A stretch of 64,000 bases of DNA from an uncultured Ignavibacteria bacterium. Lineage in GTDB: Bacteria > Bacteroidota > Ignavibacteria > Ignavibacteriales > Ignavibacteriaceae. Both the position numbers and the translations under genes were made by a program. The DNA is taken from the NCBI GenBank assembly GCA_963800255.1, contig CAWDAK010000016.1:12815-76814 (forward strand), in the 5' to 3' direction. The notes under the pieces were generated by a model. That model was not told where the DNA came from. It saw only the letters and a list, made by a program, of their open reading frames with translations, and made no database searches. Positions 44,768 through 53,293 of the stretch are shown here, piece by piece; position 1 is the first letter of the stretch; each line of letters opens with the position of its first letter.

Positions 44768-45790
44768 TTAGTCGGGAACAGAAAGGTATTCTTCGTTCGG
44801 TATGTAGACATTAAACTCCTCAAGAGAAGGTTTGCCCAGCCAGAAGGTGGTACCCAGCTTCAGCCTATCGTCATCCCATGAAATCGATTCGATAGTATCA
44901 GCTTTAATTATGAATTTAATATCGTATTCAAGTCCGTCGTTGAGATATAATTTAAGGAGTTCATTCAATCTTTTAGAATTTTCGGTATGCGGAAGAAAAT
45001 TAAGGTAATCCCCGAAAGAAACAGGTCCTATTTCAAGACAGATCCTGCTCATATAATCGACGGTGGTTCTTCCTATAAAACTGTTTTTTCCGAGACTGAA
45101 ATCATCGCTGCCAAGGGCGGGGACGTCTTCAAGTTCAACCCAGCGGGGAATAAATTCTTTAATTTTGATGGGAAATTGCGGGAAGATATGTGAGAGTAAG
45201 ATCCTTAAACCCTCTTTGCTCCTTACACGCCGGCTGAATACACCGGCAAATTTTATAAGCGTAAAATCTGAAAGTGATGAGGTCCTGTTTCCTGTAAAAG
45301 AGCCTTTGCCTATAAATGAATTTATCCTCTGAGAAATTTTATTTTCAGGATTATTATTTAAATGGAGGTAAAAGCGGTATTTCTTCCACGACTGGTAATA
45401 AAGCCAGTAAAACCTGTTATTAAATATATCCAGGAAATTTTGAAGCGGAATATTCCCCTCACCGAGGATTTTTTCCTGGAAAACTATCTGTTCATGATAG
45501 CATCTTGGAAGGGGAGCATTTATTCCATATAAACCAAGGAAGTTAAGAACAAACTGTATATCATTCTCTTCGAGAGATACCGACCTGATGTCTGTAGGAG
45601 GATAGGCGTAATACTGGCCGGGCCGGAATTTTAATCCCTCCTGGTCAAAAAGATAATCCTTCCTTCCCGGATTATTCTTCTTCGAACTAATTTCACTTAA
45701 CCAGACAGCCTGCCAGACATGGTATTCAGGTCCCTTCTGCAGAATGTCTTCAATTATACGGGAAGTATTTCTCCCAGTGACGGGTTCCAT
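44768..45790 (-). CDS. tssG: T6SS baseplate subunit TssG
   Basis: Size, position after tssF with an overlapping start, and the N-terminal ...YHVWQAVWLSE and LNFLGLYGINAPLP blocks are typical of TssG. Confidence 0.8.
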   Translation of the reverse strand: MEPVTGRNTSRIIEDILQKGPEYHVWQAVWLSEISSKKNNPGRKDYLFDQEGLKFRPGQYYAYPPTDIRSVSLEENDIQFVLNFLGLYGINAPLPRCYHEQIVFQEKILGEGNIPLQNFLDIFNNRFYWLYYQSWKKYRFYLHLNNNPENKISQRINSFIGKGSFTGNRTSSLSDFTLIKFAGVFSRRVRSKEGLRILLSHIFPQFPIKIKEFIPRWVELEDVPALGSDDFSLGKNSFIGRTTVDYMSRICLEIGPVSFGDYLNFLPHTENSKRLNELLKLYLNDGLEYDIKFIIKADTIESISWDDDRLKLGTTFWLGKPSLEEFNVYIPNEEYLSVPD

Positions 45791-47610
45791 TTGTAGCTGT
45801 TATTTGTTCCTGATTCAGTAATTTTTAGGAAGACGTATGAATTGATAGTTACATATTGCGACAGAAAGGAATTTAAAACCATTCCCATCAGGTTAATTTC
45901 ACCTTCTCCGTTTTCGAACTCTTTGGCATCAACCTCAATATGAAACTCTATACCCCTTATTAAACTCTGGTTCATCATTTTATTAACCAGCCGCGGCTTA
46001 TGGATGACCTTTATGCTTTCAATTCTTTTTTTATTCGGGTGATTCTGTGTGTTAGTCCAGTTATACAGATTTAAGATGCTCTTAAAAGTATTCAGATCTG
46101 CCAGCGTCGAAAAGTTGACGGACAGATGTGCAATCAGCGACCATAAATAATTATTCTTGTCGGGACAATCCTGAACCTCTGTCGGTGTTGTAATATTATA
46201 TGCCTCAAGTCCCGGAGGGAAATCAAGAGGTTCTTTAATTGAGCCGGTTTCCAGGTAGGCAGAAGGAAGGAAACCATTTGATAATACGGCTTCTATACTT
46301 AAAGTTTCCTTTGGGAAAACATCTTCCTCCATGCTTGGTCCAAACAGCCTGATAAAAGTTTCGGACATATCGTTCAGTACCTTTTTACGCCGGATTGAAT
46401 AAAATCTTTTGAAATTATATTCCGGGCTGGAGGTATCAAGTATGTCGTGCGCCGTAATGGGTATATATTTATACTGCTCAGCACGATTTTCACTGATGCC
46501 GCTTACAACGTCGATTGAATAAATTTCCCTGCTTTTTCTTCTGTAAAGATCAGGAATTATATAATATTCCGGCAGCCTTTGGGTAACGGAAACTTCTTCA
46601 GCCGGCCGGGAGAAGAGGTTAACTATCGGAACACAATTCAACGCAATATTGCTTTTACCGGGGAATTTTTCCCTCATCATTTTCCGGTTGAAATCGATTT
46701 TGATTTCCACGTTTGAAGATTCACCATCAGCGGTGAACTTATCAAGGCCGGATATATCCAAAAAAAAGAATTTTTCAGGGAAAGCAAAATACTCCTGCAG
46801 CAGCCTGAATCCTGTGAATGATTGCTTAGCATAGGGCAGAATTGAGTATTCATCCTCAATATATTCTTCACCGGAGGAAAGCTCCGGAACACTGATCTTA
46901 AAATTATCGATTTTCCTGAATACTGATCTTTCATTTACAGCTTCCCTTACAGACACACCGGAAACAAATTTGGTCAGGAACAAATGCAGGTTATATTTTA
47001 CTGAAGATGAACCCTGCAGATAGATTCTGAACCGGCCCATTTTCAGTGAATTATAATCAACATTTCTGTCAAGCTGCAGTTTCAGGATAATTGAAGTTTT
47101 TCCCTGGGGAGTTTCTTCAACTGTAACATCAGCCAGCTTCACAGGACGTACTGTAAATTCCTGTGTGGTTCTGAAGATAAATTCAGCCGGCTCATCTTTT
47201 TCAGTAAGTCTTGTTCCGGTACCTGAACCCGATTGAACTTTATACTTTACTTTATACTTACCCGTCTGTGTCTGTATTTCACTCCCTTTTTTTATGGAGA
47301 CAGGTTCCGTTAATGCTCCTGATTTAATGTTTGCCTGCAGTATAGCACATGAAGGAAAAGATTTAAGGAGATTCGGGAAAAGTATTTCCAGTATTCCTCC
47401 TGCTATTTCAGGAAATTCATCATCGAGCCTTTCATGTATCCGCCCTGCAAGGAAGGCAAATCCTTCGAATAACCTTTCTACAAAAGGATCTTTCCTTTCC
47501 CGTTCGCTTAGATGAAGCCTGGATCCGAGAGTGGGATGTTTTTTGCTGAACTCCTCCCCGGATGTCTGCAGAAAGTTATACTCCCTTTCAAAATATTTAT
47601 CGGTACTCAT
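45754..47610 (-). CDS. tssF: T6SS baseplate subunit TssF
   Basis: N-terminus YFEREYNFLQTSGEEFSKKHP.....L......DPFVERLFEGFAFLAGRI is the canonical TssF start. 618 aa. ATGA overlap with tssE. Confidence 0.85.
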   Translation of the reverse strand: MSTDKYFEREYNFLQTSGEEFSKKHPTLGSRLHLSERERKDPFVERLFEGFAFLAGRIHERLDDEFPEIAGGILEILFPNLLKSFPSCAILQANIKSGALTEPVSIKKGSEIQTQTGKYKVKYKVQSGSGTGTRLTEKDEPAEFIFRTTQEFTVRPVKLADVTVEETPQGKTSIILKLQLDRNVDYNSLKMGRFRIYLQGSSSVKYNLHLFLTKFVSGVSVREAVNERSVFRKIDNFKISVPELSSGEEYIEDEYSILPYAKQSFTGFRLLQEYFAFPEKFFFLDISGLDKFTADGESSNVEIKIDFNRKMMREKFPGKSNIALNCVPIVNLFSRPAEEVSVTQRLPEYYIIPDLYRRKSREIYSIDVVSGISENRAEQYKYIPITAHDILDTSSPEYNFKRFYSIRRKKVLNDMSETFIRLFGPSMEEDVFPKETLSIEAVLSNGFLPSAYLETGSIKEPLDFPPGLEAYNITTPTEVQDCPDKNNYLWSLIAHLSVNFSTLADLNTFKSILNLYNWTNTQNHPNKKRIESIKVIHKPRLVNKMMNQSLIRGIEFHIEVDAKEFENGEGEINLMGMVLNSFLSQYVTINSYVFLKITESGTNNSYKWNPSLGEILPV

Positions 47611-48059
47611 TCTGAATCCTTATCTAAAGTAACTTTAGTCCAGCCTGTAGTAGAAAATTCTGTGAGCAGGATTTCTTTATTTGAACTGTCCTTAAGTTTA
47701 ATGATTATTTTCAGGGCAGCTCTCAGGGTTTTCTGATCGAATTCAGAATTCTGTATCTGAACTTCACTTACTCTTGGTTCGTATTTCAATATTACTTCCC
47801 TGATCTCCTTTTTTAAGGATTCTACGGGATTATCTGAAGCAAGGTAGATCTGAAGAATATCTGAGATACCAAAATCGGGAAGATGTAATATTGATCCGCG
47901 GCGGGTGGTCAGGATCATCCGGAGGTTCTCTATAATACTCAGGCTCAGCTTCTGGTCTTCGGTCAGATGCTCGAACTGCTGGGGCCCGATTTCATCGGGA
48001 TTAACAACTTCCGATACGAACTGACCCAGTAGAATATTGTACAGGCTTAAATTCTTCAA
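47607..48059 (-). CDS. tssE: T6SS baseplate subunit TssE (gp25-like)
   Basis: IENLRMILTTRRGSILHLPDFGISD is a GPW/gp25 motif. 150 aa. Confidence 0.85.
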   Translation of the reverse strand: MKNLSLYNILLGQFVSEVVNPDEIGPQQFEHLTEDQKLSLSIIENLRMILTTRRGSILHLPDFGISDILQIYLASDNPVESLKKEIREVILKYEPRVSEVQIQNSEFDQKTLRAALKIIIKLKDSSNKEILLTEFSTTGWTKVTLDKDSE

Positions 48060-48089
48060 TGTTGATTGTACTTTTAGTCAATAAAGAAC

Positions 48090-48137
48090 AGGGTGGATTA
48101 TAACACTATAGAATAGTCGTAAATAATTCCACCCTGG
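48090..48137 (-). terminator. Stem-loop immediately downstream of hcp (candidate attenuator/terminator or processing site)
   Basis: CAGGGTGGA at 48090..48098 pairs perfectly with TCCACCCTG at 48129..48137, with a 30-nt loop. It lies in the 92-nt hcp-tssE gap and is followed on the sense strand by TTCTTTATT. Confidence 0.35.
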
Positions 48138-48151
48138 TAAAATAGGTTTAC

Positions 48152-48640
48152 TTAAACAGGAAGTTGAAATGAGAAGAAGCCCTGATCAGTAAACATAGTG
48201 CTTCCTTTTACATGTTCCCATTCTACGCTTTCCGCAACCATTGATATTCGTTCAAGGTGAGAAATTGTTTGTTTGGTTGAATCCACGGTGGAAGGCATCA
48301 GGTCCTCTACTTCCACTACACGGGCATTGGTTAGCGTGTATTTGAAGTAAACCGTTTCCTTACCGGTAGCTTCAGCTATTTCATAAAGAGAAATCTCCAC
48401 AGATTTGAACACCTTGCCTTCCGCGCAATACTGAAACATGAAAGGCGTCAGTTTATCGATTTCCTTAAGAATCATAAACGGGTCATATATTCTGCTGCCT
48501 GTAACCTGACCTGTTCCTTCAGTGACGGGTAATCTCACCCTTTGCGCGAATTCCAATATCGTACAGGAACTATTGGGACGGGGACCTTCAAGATCATTTC
48601 CTTCAGCGTCTTTGAACTTTACTTCGCCTTTTACAGCCAT
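48152..48640 (-). CDS. hcp: T6SS tube protein Hcp (TssD)
   Basis: 162 aa with the Hcp1-like pattern (...TGSRIYDPFMILKEIDKLTPFMFQYCAEGKVFKSVEISLY...YTLTNARVVEV). GGAGG sits 6 nt upstream of the ATG. Confidence 0.85.
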   Translation of the reverse strand: MAVKGEVKFKDAEGNDLEGPRPNSSCTILEFAQRVRLPVTEGTGQVTGSRIYDPFMILKEIDKLTPFMFQYCAEGKVFKSVEISLYEIAEATGKETVYFKYTLTNARVVEVEDLMPSTVDSTKQTISHLERISMVAESVEWEHVKGSTMFTDQGFFSFQLPV

Positions 48641-48699
48641 GACTAACCTCCGATTAAGTTTAAGTTATAGTTGATTTATATGAATGAATTAATGAACAA

Positions 48700-50166
48700 T
48701 TATGATTCTTCGCCTGAATGGTATGCTATAAGTTTAAGGTTTACATCCATCCCAGTTATCGCAACGTGAGGTCTGAATTCTGCGCTGATCTGGAAAAACC
48801 CGGGTCTTTCCTTAAGCTCTGTAACATCCAGCTTATATGAACGCAGCGGTTTTTCAGCTACAATTTTTTCAGCAGGATTAGGCATATCAACAACAAGGGT
48901 ATCAAGCCAGCTTGACATATCTTTTTTGATCTCTCCGGCGCCGGCGTTCTTACCAACAAATACCAGCTGGCGGTATTTAAGATAATGTGCTATCCTTGTT
49001 ACCAGCATAGTGTACTGAAGTCTTGAACCAACCGAGAAATTAGCAGTAGCGGCAGCATCATTTTTAATTTGTTTCGGTCTGTTTGCAGAAGGAGTTTCAA
49101 AAAAGGCGGCGTAATCTGTTCTGTCCCAATGAGCCAGCGGTATAAAACCAAGATCACACAGTTCTGCATCTTTTGCCTGGCCGACAGAAGCTTCCAACGG
49201 CACCTTCAACTTTTTCTGGCCATGTTCTTCATAAGTTGGAACAGGCAGGTTTTCAACTTTACCGCCGGATTCAACACCTACTATCTTAACGCTCCAGCCC
49301 CACTTCTCAAAGCTTTTTACCATATTTGAAGCAAGCGCATAAGATGTGCTGCACCATAAGCTGTTGTCTTTTCCGCCTTTCATTACGTTTTCAGAGTAAT
49401 TGAAATTTTTAGTCGGTTCTGATTCTGCATTATAGGGCAGACGGCCGAGGAACCTTGGCAGGGTAAGTCCTATATATTTAGAACGGTCATCATCCCTGAA
49501 AGCTCTCCACGATGCATAAGCAGCTCCCTCTTTAAGCTGTTCAGCAAGGAACCTGTTATTCATAACATCGGTCATATTTTTTTCACCGAAGAATTTGGGT
49601 CCGGCATTCCCTATAACAGGAAGCTGTGCTGATTCACCAAGAACGGAAAGGTGCTGCAGCAGTGAAATGTCCTGCGGATTATTTTCGAACTGGAAATCAG
49701 TTACGATTGCTGTATAGGAATGTCCGCCCACTTTATCGTATGCTCCCCAGTATATATGATGCCATAGGCCGGAGTCTTTTTCATAACCTTCGCCCTGGGC
49801 TGCATCATTAAGATCTTCATAAAGTTCTTCTTTGGAAACATCTAGAAGCTCATACTTAACCGGCTTGCTGAACTCTGTATTCTGAACAAGGAATAAGAGT
49901 CCCCGCCAGCTTGATTCCAGCTCCTGGAATTCCTGGTTTTGCAGGATCTCATCCATCTGGGCACTGAGAACTGTATCAAGGTCTGCAATGTAAGAATCAA
50001 CGAGAGCGCCTGTAATTTTGAATACTTCGGATTCCTTGCCTACTTTGCTTACAAATTCAGCGACTGCTGATTTCTTTGAATCATCCAGCATGGAGATTAA
50101 CTTATCAACAGAACTTTGCTCAGTTACCTGGCCTTGTTCCATTGCTTCTTCTTTTTCTTTAGCCAT
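48700..50166 (-). CDS. tssC: T6SS contractile sheath large subunit TssC (VipB)
   Basis: 488 aa, directly after tssB. Conserved blocks WRGLLFLV, LPRFLGRLPY and FRPHVAITGMDVNLKL. Confidence 0.9.
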   Translation of the reverse strand: MAKEKEEAMEQGQVTEQSSVDKLISMLDDSKKSAVAEFVSKVGKESEVFKITGALVDSYIADLDTVLSAQMDEILQNQEFQELESSWRGLLFLVQNTEFSKPVKYELLDVSKEELYEDLNDAAQGEGYEKDSGLWHHIYWGAYDKVGGHSYTAIVTDFQFENNPQDISLLQHLSVLGESAQLPVIGNAGPKFFGEKNMTDVMNNRFLAEQLKEGAAYASWRAFRDDDRSKYIGLTLPRFLGRLPYNAESEPTKNFNYSENVMKGGKDNSLWCSTSYALASNMVKSFEKWGWSVKIVGVESGGKVENLPVPTYEEHGQKKLKVPLEASVGQAKDAELCDLGFIPLAHWDRTDYAAFFETPSANRPKQIKNDAAATANFSVGSRLQYTMLVTRIAHYLKYRQLVFVGKNAGAGEIKKDMSSWLDTLVVDMPNPAEKIVAEKPLRSYKLDVTELKERPGFFQISAEFRPHVAITGMDVNLKLIAYHSGEES

Positions 50167-50210
50167 TTTAATTAAACCTCCGTTAACAAAAATTAAATTT
50201 CAATAATATT

Positions 50211-50711
50211 TTACTTTTTATCCTGTGTGCCGAGTTTCGACATCAGGTCGTCTATACTTGCTCCTCCGTCTTTCAGAACGCCTTCAAGAGCCTTTTTCAG
50301 GTTGGCATCCCTCAACACGGCAAGTTTCAATTCTTTCAGACGCTCTCTTGCATCAAGCAGCTTCTGCAGAGGTTCAACTTTTTTTACTATTTCATCAGGA
50401 TGAAAATCCTTGATGTCCTGGAAGTCAAGGTTAACTTCCATTTTTGCTTCGGGATCGTCTGATAATTTGTTAGAAACCGTCAGCTTGAGCTTCGGGTTCA
50501 GATCCTTCAGCACCCTTTTGTAATCTCCTTTGTTACCTATCGTTCTCAGCCTCCTGTCTTTAACAGGCCCCTGGCTTCCCGGCGCGCTTTTACTGAAGTT
50601 TCCGGTAATCAGCATCCGGTAATCAAGTTCTACACTTTCCTTTGCATCACTGCTCGGGAGAATGGCGACTTTGACACGCTGTGCTATCTTAGGTGCAACT
50701 GGTCTTGCCAT
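50211..50711 (-). CDS. tssB: T6SS contractile sheath small subunit TssB (VipA)
   Basis: 166 aa. ...ELDYRMLITGNFS....DRRLRTI.NKGDYKRVLKDLNPKL.L.V.N.L.......EVNLDFQDIKDFHPDEIVKKV. Confidence 0.9.
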   Translation of the reverse strand: MARPVAPKIAQRVKVAILPSSDAKESVELDYRMLITGNFSKSAPGSQGPVKDRRLRTIGNKGDYKRVLKDLNPKLKLTVSNKLSDDPEAKMEVNLDFQDIKDFHPDEIVKKVEPLQKLLDARERLKELKLAVLRDANLKKALEGVLKDGGASIDDLMSKLGTQDKK

Positions 50712-50713
50712 AA

Positions 50714-52381
50714 CTACTTCCTCCGTTTATGTTTTTGTTGTTCCAAATTGATTGCTAAAATACTATTGTGTTTTGCTATCTTATAAAATAATTCCTGCTG
50801 TTGTTTCTCTATTTGATTTCTCTGGCTCTCATTTTCTGAAGTGAATAATACCTGCACGTTGGTTAAATAAAGTGATTGCCAGGCCGCGGTGCATAATGCA
50901 GGTTCCCATTCCGATAAGTTTAACCTGTCAATTGTTTTGTCCAGCTCTTCCAGACTCACCTTTGCAACGTTATACTGTTTTGCCTCATAACAATAATTTG
51001 CAATATTTAACCGTCTGAGGAATTTACCCTTCACCCTGTCCTCAGCGTTTAGCTTCTGCTGCATTGTTTCAAGACTTACCTGGAAATTATTAGGTAGACC
51101 CTGAAGCGCTTCCTCGTAGTCTTTATTAATATCATCGTATGTTTGGTCGACAATTGGAGTAAGCGAAAGTGTACCCGCTGCTGCGGCAGTGCCGCCCTGG
51201 TTTGTATTTGCCGGCAGCTGCTCCAGCCACTTTATTGTTTCCTTGTCAGCAAAAGCAACTTCTCCGCCGTCAAATTTTAGTTTAGGCAGGTCAGGCAGCC
51301 GTTTAAGCAGCCGGACAAGATGGTACTTTATATCATTCGCTGCAGAAGTATAACTCCCGCCTTTTTTTTCGAGTGCATCTGCCAGGTATCTCTGCGCGTC
51401 CAGCCAGTAACGGAATTCACTGCCGTCTTTAATAAATTCAAGTTCAATCCTCGGGATTATAACATCAATCTTATTTTCGCTGTGCCATGTGTTTAGTAAT
51501 TTTCTTATTATGTCGTTTGGGGGAGCAATACCTGTTATTTTTTCTTCAGACTCAGGCAGTACAAGTGTACTCCACTGAATTTGACGGGCAATTCCGAATG
51601 CGAAGAAAGTTTCAGGAATTTTTTCAACTGTTTCATTATTAACAGTCGATTCATAAAAGTGGGTTAATGTCCTTCTCAGCTGTGTGTTGATTTCATCTTC
51701 TGAAGTCGGGGTTGACTGTTTTGCAGGAAATGATACCTCTTTTCCTGCCGCAGGCGCCTGGCTTACTTCCGGTTTCCGGGGAGGGGGAGAAGCCGGTTTC
51801 TTTTCCGGCACAGATGGAGGATTTAAAGAATTTTCAGCATCTTTAGCCAAACTCCCTATTACATCCTGAAGAGCCTGCAGAACAGGTACGTTTTCAGGCA
51901 TAAGTTTTTCACATTCTGTGAGAATAAACCCGGTCAGTTCATTTATCCTGATTATCTCAGCGGCATTTGATTTATTGATTTCATCTCTTTCAATCAGTTT
52001 CGTTACCCGTGAGGTGCTGAGGAACTGGATAGCTTTGCTCTTCTGAACATTGTTTTGCGGAAAAAGATCGCTTCCGAATTTCTTCAAAAGATGATAAACA
52101 ACTTCAAGACCGGTTCTGAAACCTTTCAGCTGTTCGGTTCTGTACAGAGCAAAACAAAGCCAGGAAGCCACTTTGATATCTTTACTTTTCTCTTTCAGAA
52201 TCGTATTAGAAAGATCTATCCAGTTCCTATAATCAGGAACGGATTTTGGAAATTCCATGCTTAGCTTGAAGTATTCTTCATCATTGGCCGCATCAATACC
52301 CGCAGGTGAATCACCCGGGATTGGCTCAAGGAATTCCTGAACAAATTCTGAAACTTCAGGTTCTGCTAATGTCTCAGCCAT
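50714..52381 (-). CDS. tssA: T6SS protein TssA (ImpA N-terminal domain)
   Basis: FLEPIPGDSPAGIDAANDEEYFKL is the ImpA_N signature. 555 aa with a Pro-rich linker. Confidence 0.8.
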   Translation of the reverse strand: MAETLAEPEVSEFVQEFLEPIPGDSPAGIDAANDEEYFKLSMEFPKSVPDYRNWIDLSNTILKEKSKDIKVASWLCFALYRTEQLKGFRTGLEVVYHLLKKFGSDLFPQNNVQKSKAIQFLSTSRVTKLIERDEINKSNAAEIIRINELTGFILTECEKLMPENVPVLQALQDVIGSLAKDAENSLNPPSVPEKKPASPPPRKPEVSQAPAAGKEVSFPAKQSTPTSEDEINTQLRRTLTHFYESTVNNETVEKIPETFFAFGIARQIQWSTLVLPESEEKITGIAPPNDIIRKLLNTWHSENKIDVIIPRIELEFIKDGSEFRYWLDAQRYLADALEKKGGSYTSAANDIKYHLVRLLKRLPDLPKLKFDGGEVAFADKETIKWLEQLPANTNQGGTAAAAGTLSLTPIVDQTYDDINKDYEEALQGLPNNFQVSLETMQQKLNAEDRVKGKFLRRLNIANYCYEAKQYNVAKVSLEELDKTIDRLNLSEWEPALCTAAWQSLYLTNVQVLFTSENESQRNQIEKQQQELFYKIAKHNSILAINLEQQKHKRRK

Positions 52382-52404
52382 AAATGTAACCCTGTTTTAA
52401 TCAG

Positions 52405-53253
52405 TTAAATTAGTTGCAAAAATCTATCAAGGCTTACATCGGAATATTCAGCAGGAGTACCCGCTGAGGGACCGAACTGTATAACCCTTTTATCTTCAGT
52501 ATCATCCGACATCAGATCAACAAAGCTGGTGCTGTTAAGTTTAAAAGGGAATATGATCACTCTGAATTGCTCATCATCCGTTTGGTTCCAGAATATTGAA
52601 GCTTGCCGGAAGGAAATGTTCATTTTTTTATTGAATGCCTCTATAAAAAAACCTGCATCGAAAGTGAAGCTTGAATCTTCGGAACAGAACAGGATTCTTA
52701 TAAAAGTTGAATCGGAATAGGAAAGTTCTTTAAAGTCCTTAACTGTAAAATTAACATTGGTTCTTTTGATCAGCTGCTCTAAAGTGGTGATAGAGAGGAA
52801 ATTCTGAAAATCTTTTCCAGGTAATTCTTCATCTGCAATCGTTGCGTCAAAGTTCTTCAGAGATGCATTCAATGATAACAGATCTTCCTCTTTCCTGAGG
52901 TTACTATCAAGACCGGAAAGTACCGGCGTCAATTTAGCGGGAATAAGAGATGTAATTTCGAAATTTCTTAAAGGTAATACTGAAAAGATTACCATTGGAA
53001 ATTCTCTTCCGCTTTTATCATTGCTCGGATAAATTATTCCAGTTACAGCGCGCTCTGAAGAAGGGAAGGGAATGTAGAAGTTTGTCGGTGGAAGTATTTC
53101 ATATTTCCGTCTCCATTCAGGTTTTAATTTTAACCTGGCGTTTGCTAAGCCGTCCTGTATCCATCTGTCAATGAAGAGGATTTCTGGGAGACCGGAATTA
53201 AATTTTACAAAATCATTAAACTCAGGCAGCTTTCCGAAATAGCCAGAAGACAT
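52405..53253 (-). CDS. tagF: T6SS-associated regulator TagF (DUF2094)
   Basis: MSSGYFGKLPEFNDFVKFN....F.DRWIQDGL matches the TagF N-terminal signature. I chose the start at 53253, so the ORF-track start at 53343 no longer overlaps the tssM end. Confidence 0.75.
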   Translation of the reverse strand: MSSGYFGKLPEFNDFVKFNSGLPEILFIDRWIQDGLANARLKLKPEWRRKYEILPPTNFYIPFPSSERAVTGIIYPSNDKSGREFPMVIFSVLPLRNFEITSLIPAKLTPVLSGLDSNLRKEEDLLSLNASLKNFDATIADEELPGKDFQNFLSITTLEQLIKRTNVNFTVKDFKELSYSDSTFIRILFCSEDSSFTFDAGFFIEAFNKKMNISFRQASIFWNQTDDEQFRVIIFPFKLNSTSFVDLMSDDTEDKRVIQFGPSAGTPAEYSDVSLDRFLQLI

Positions 53254-53293
53254 TACATTTGTGTTTTTTTGAAGCAAACCGTATGAAGTATTA

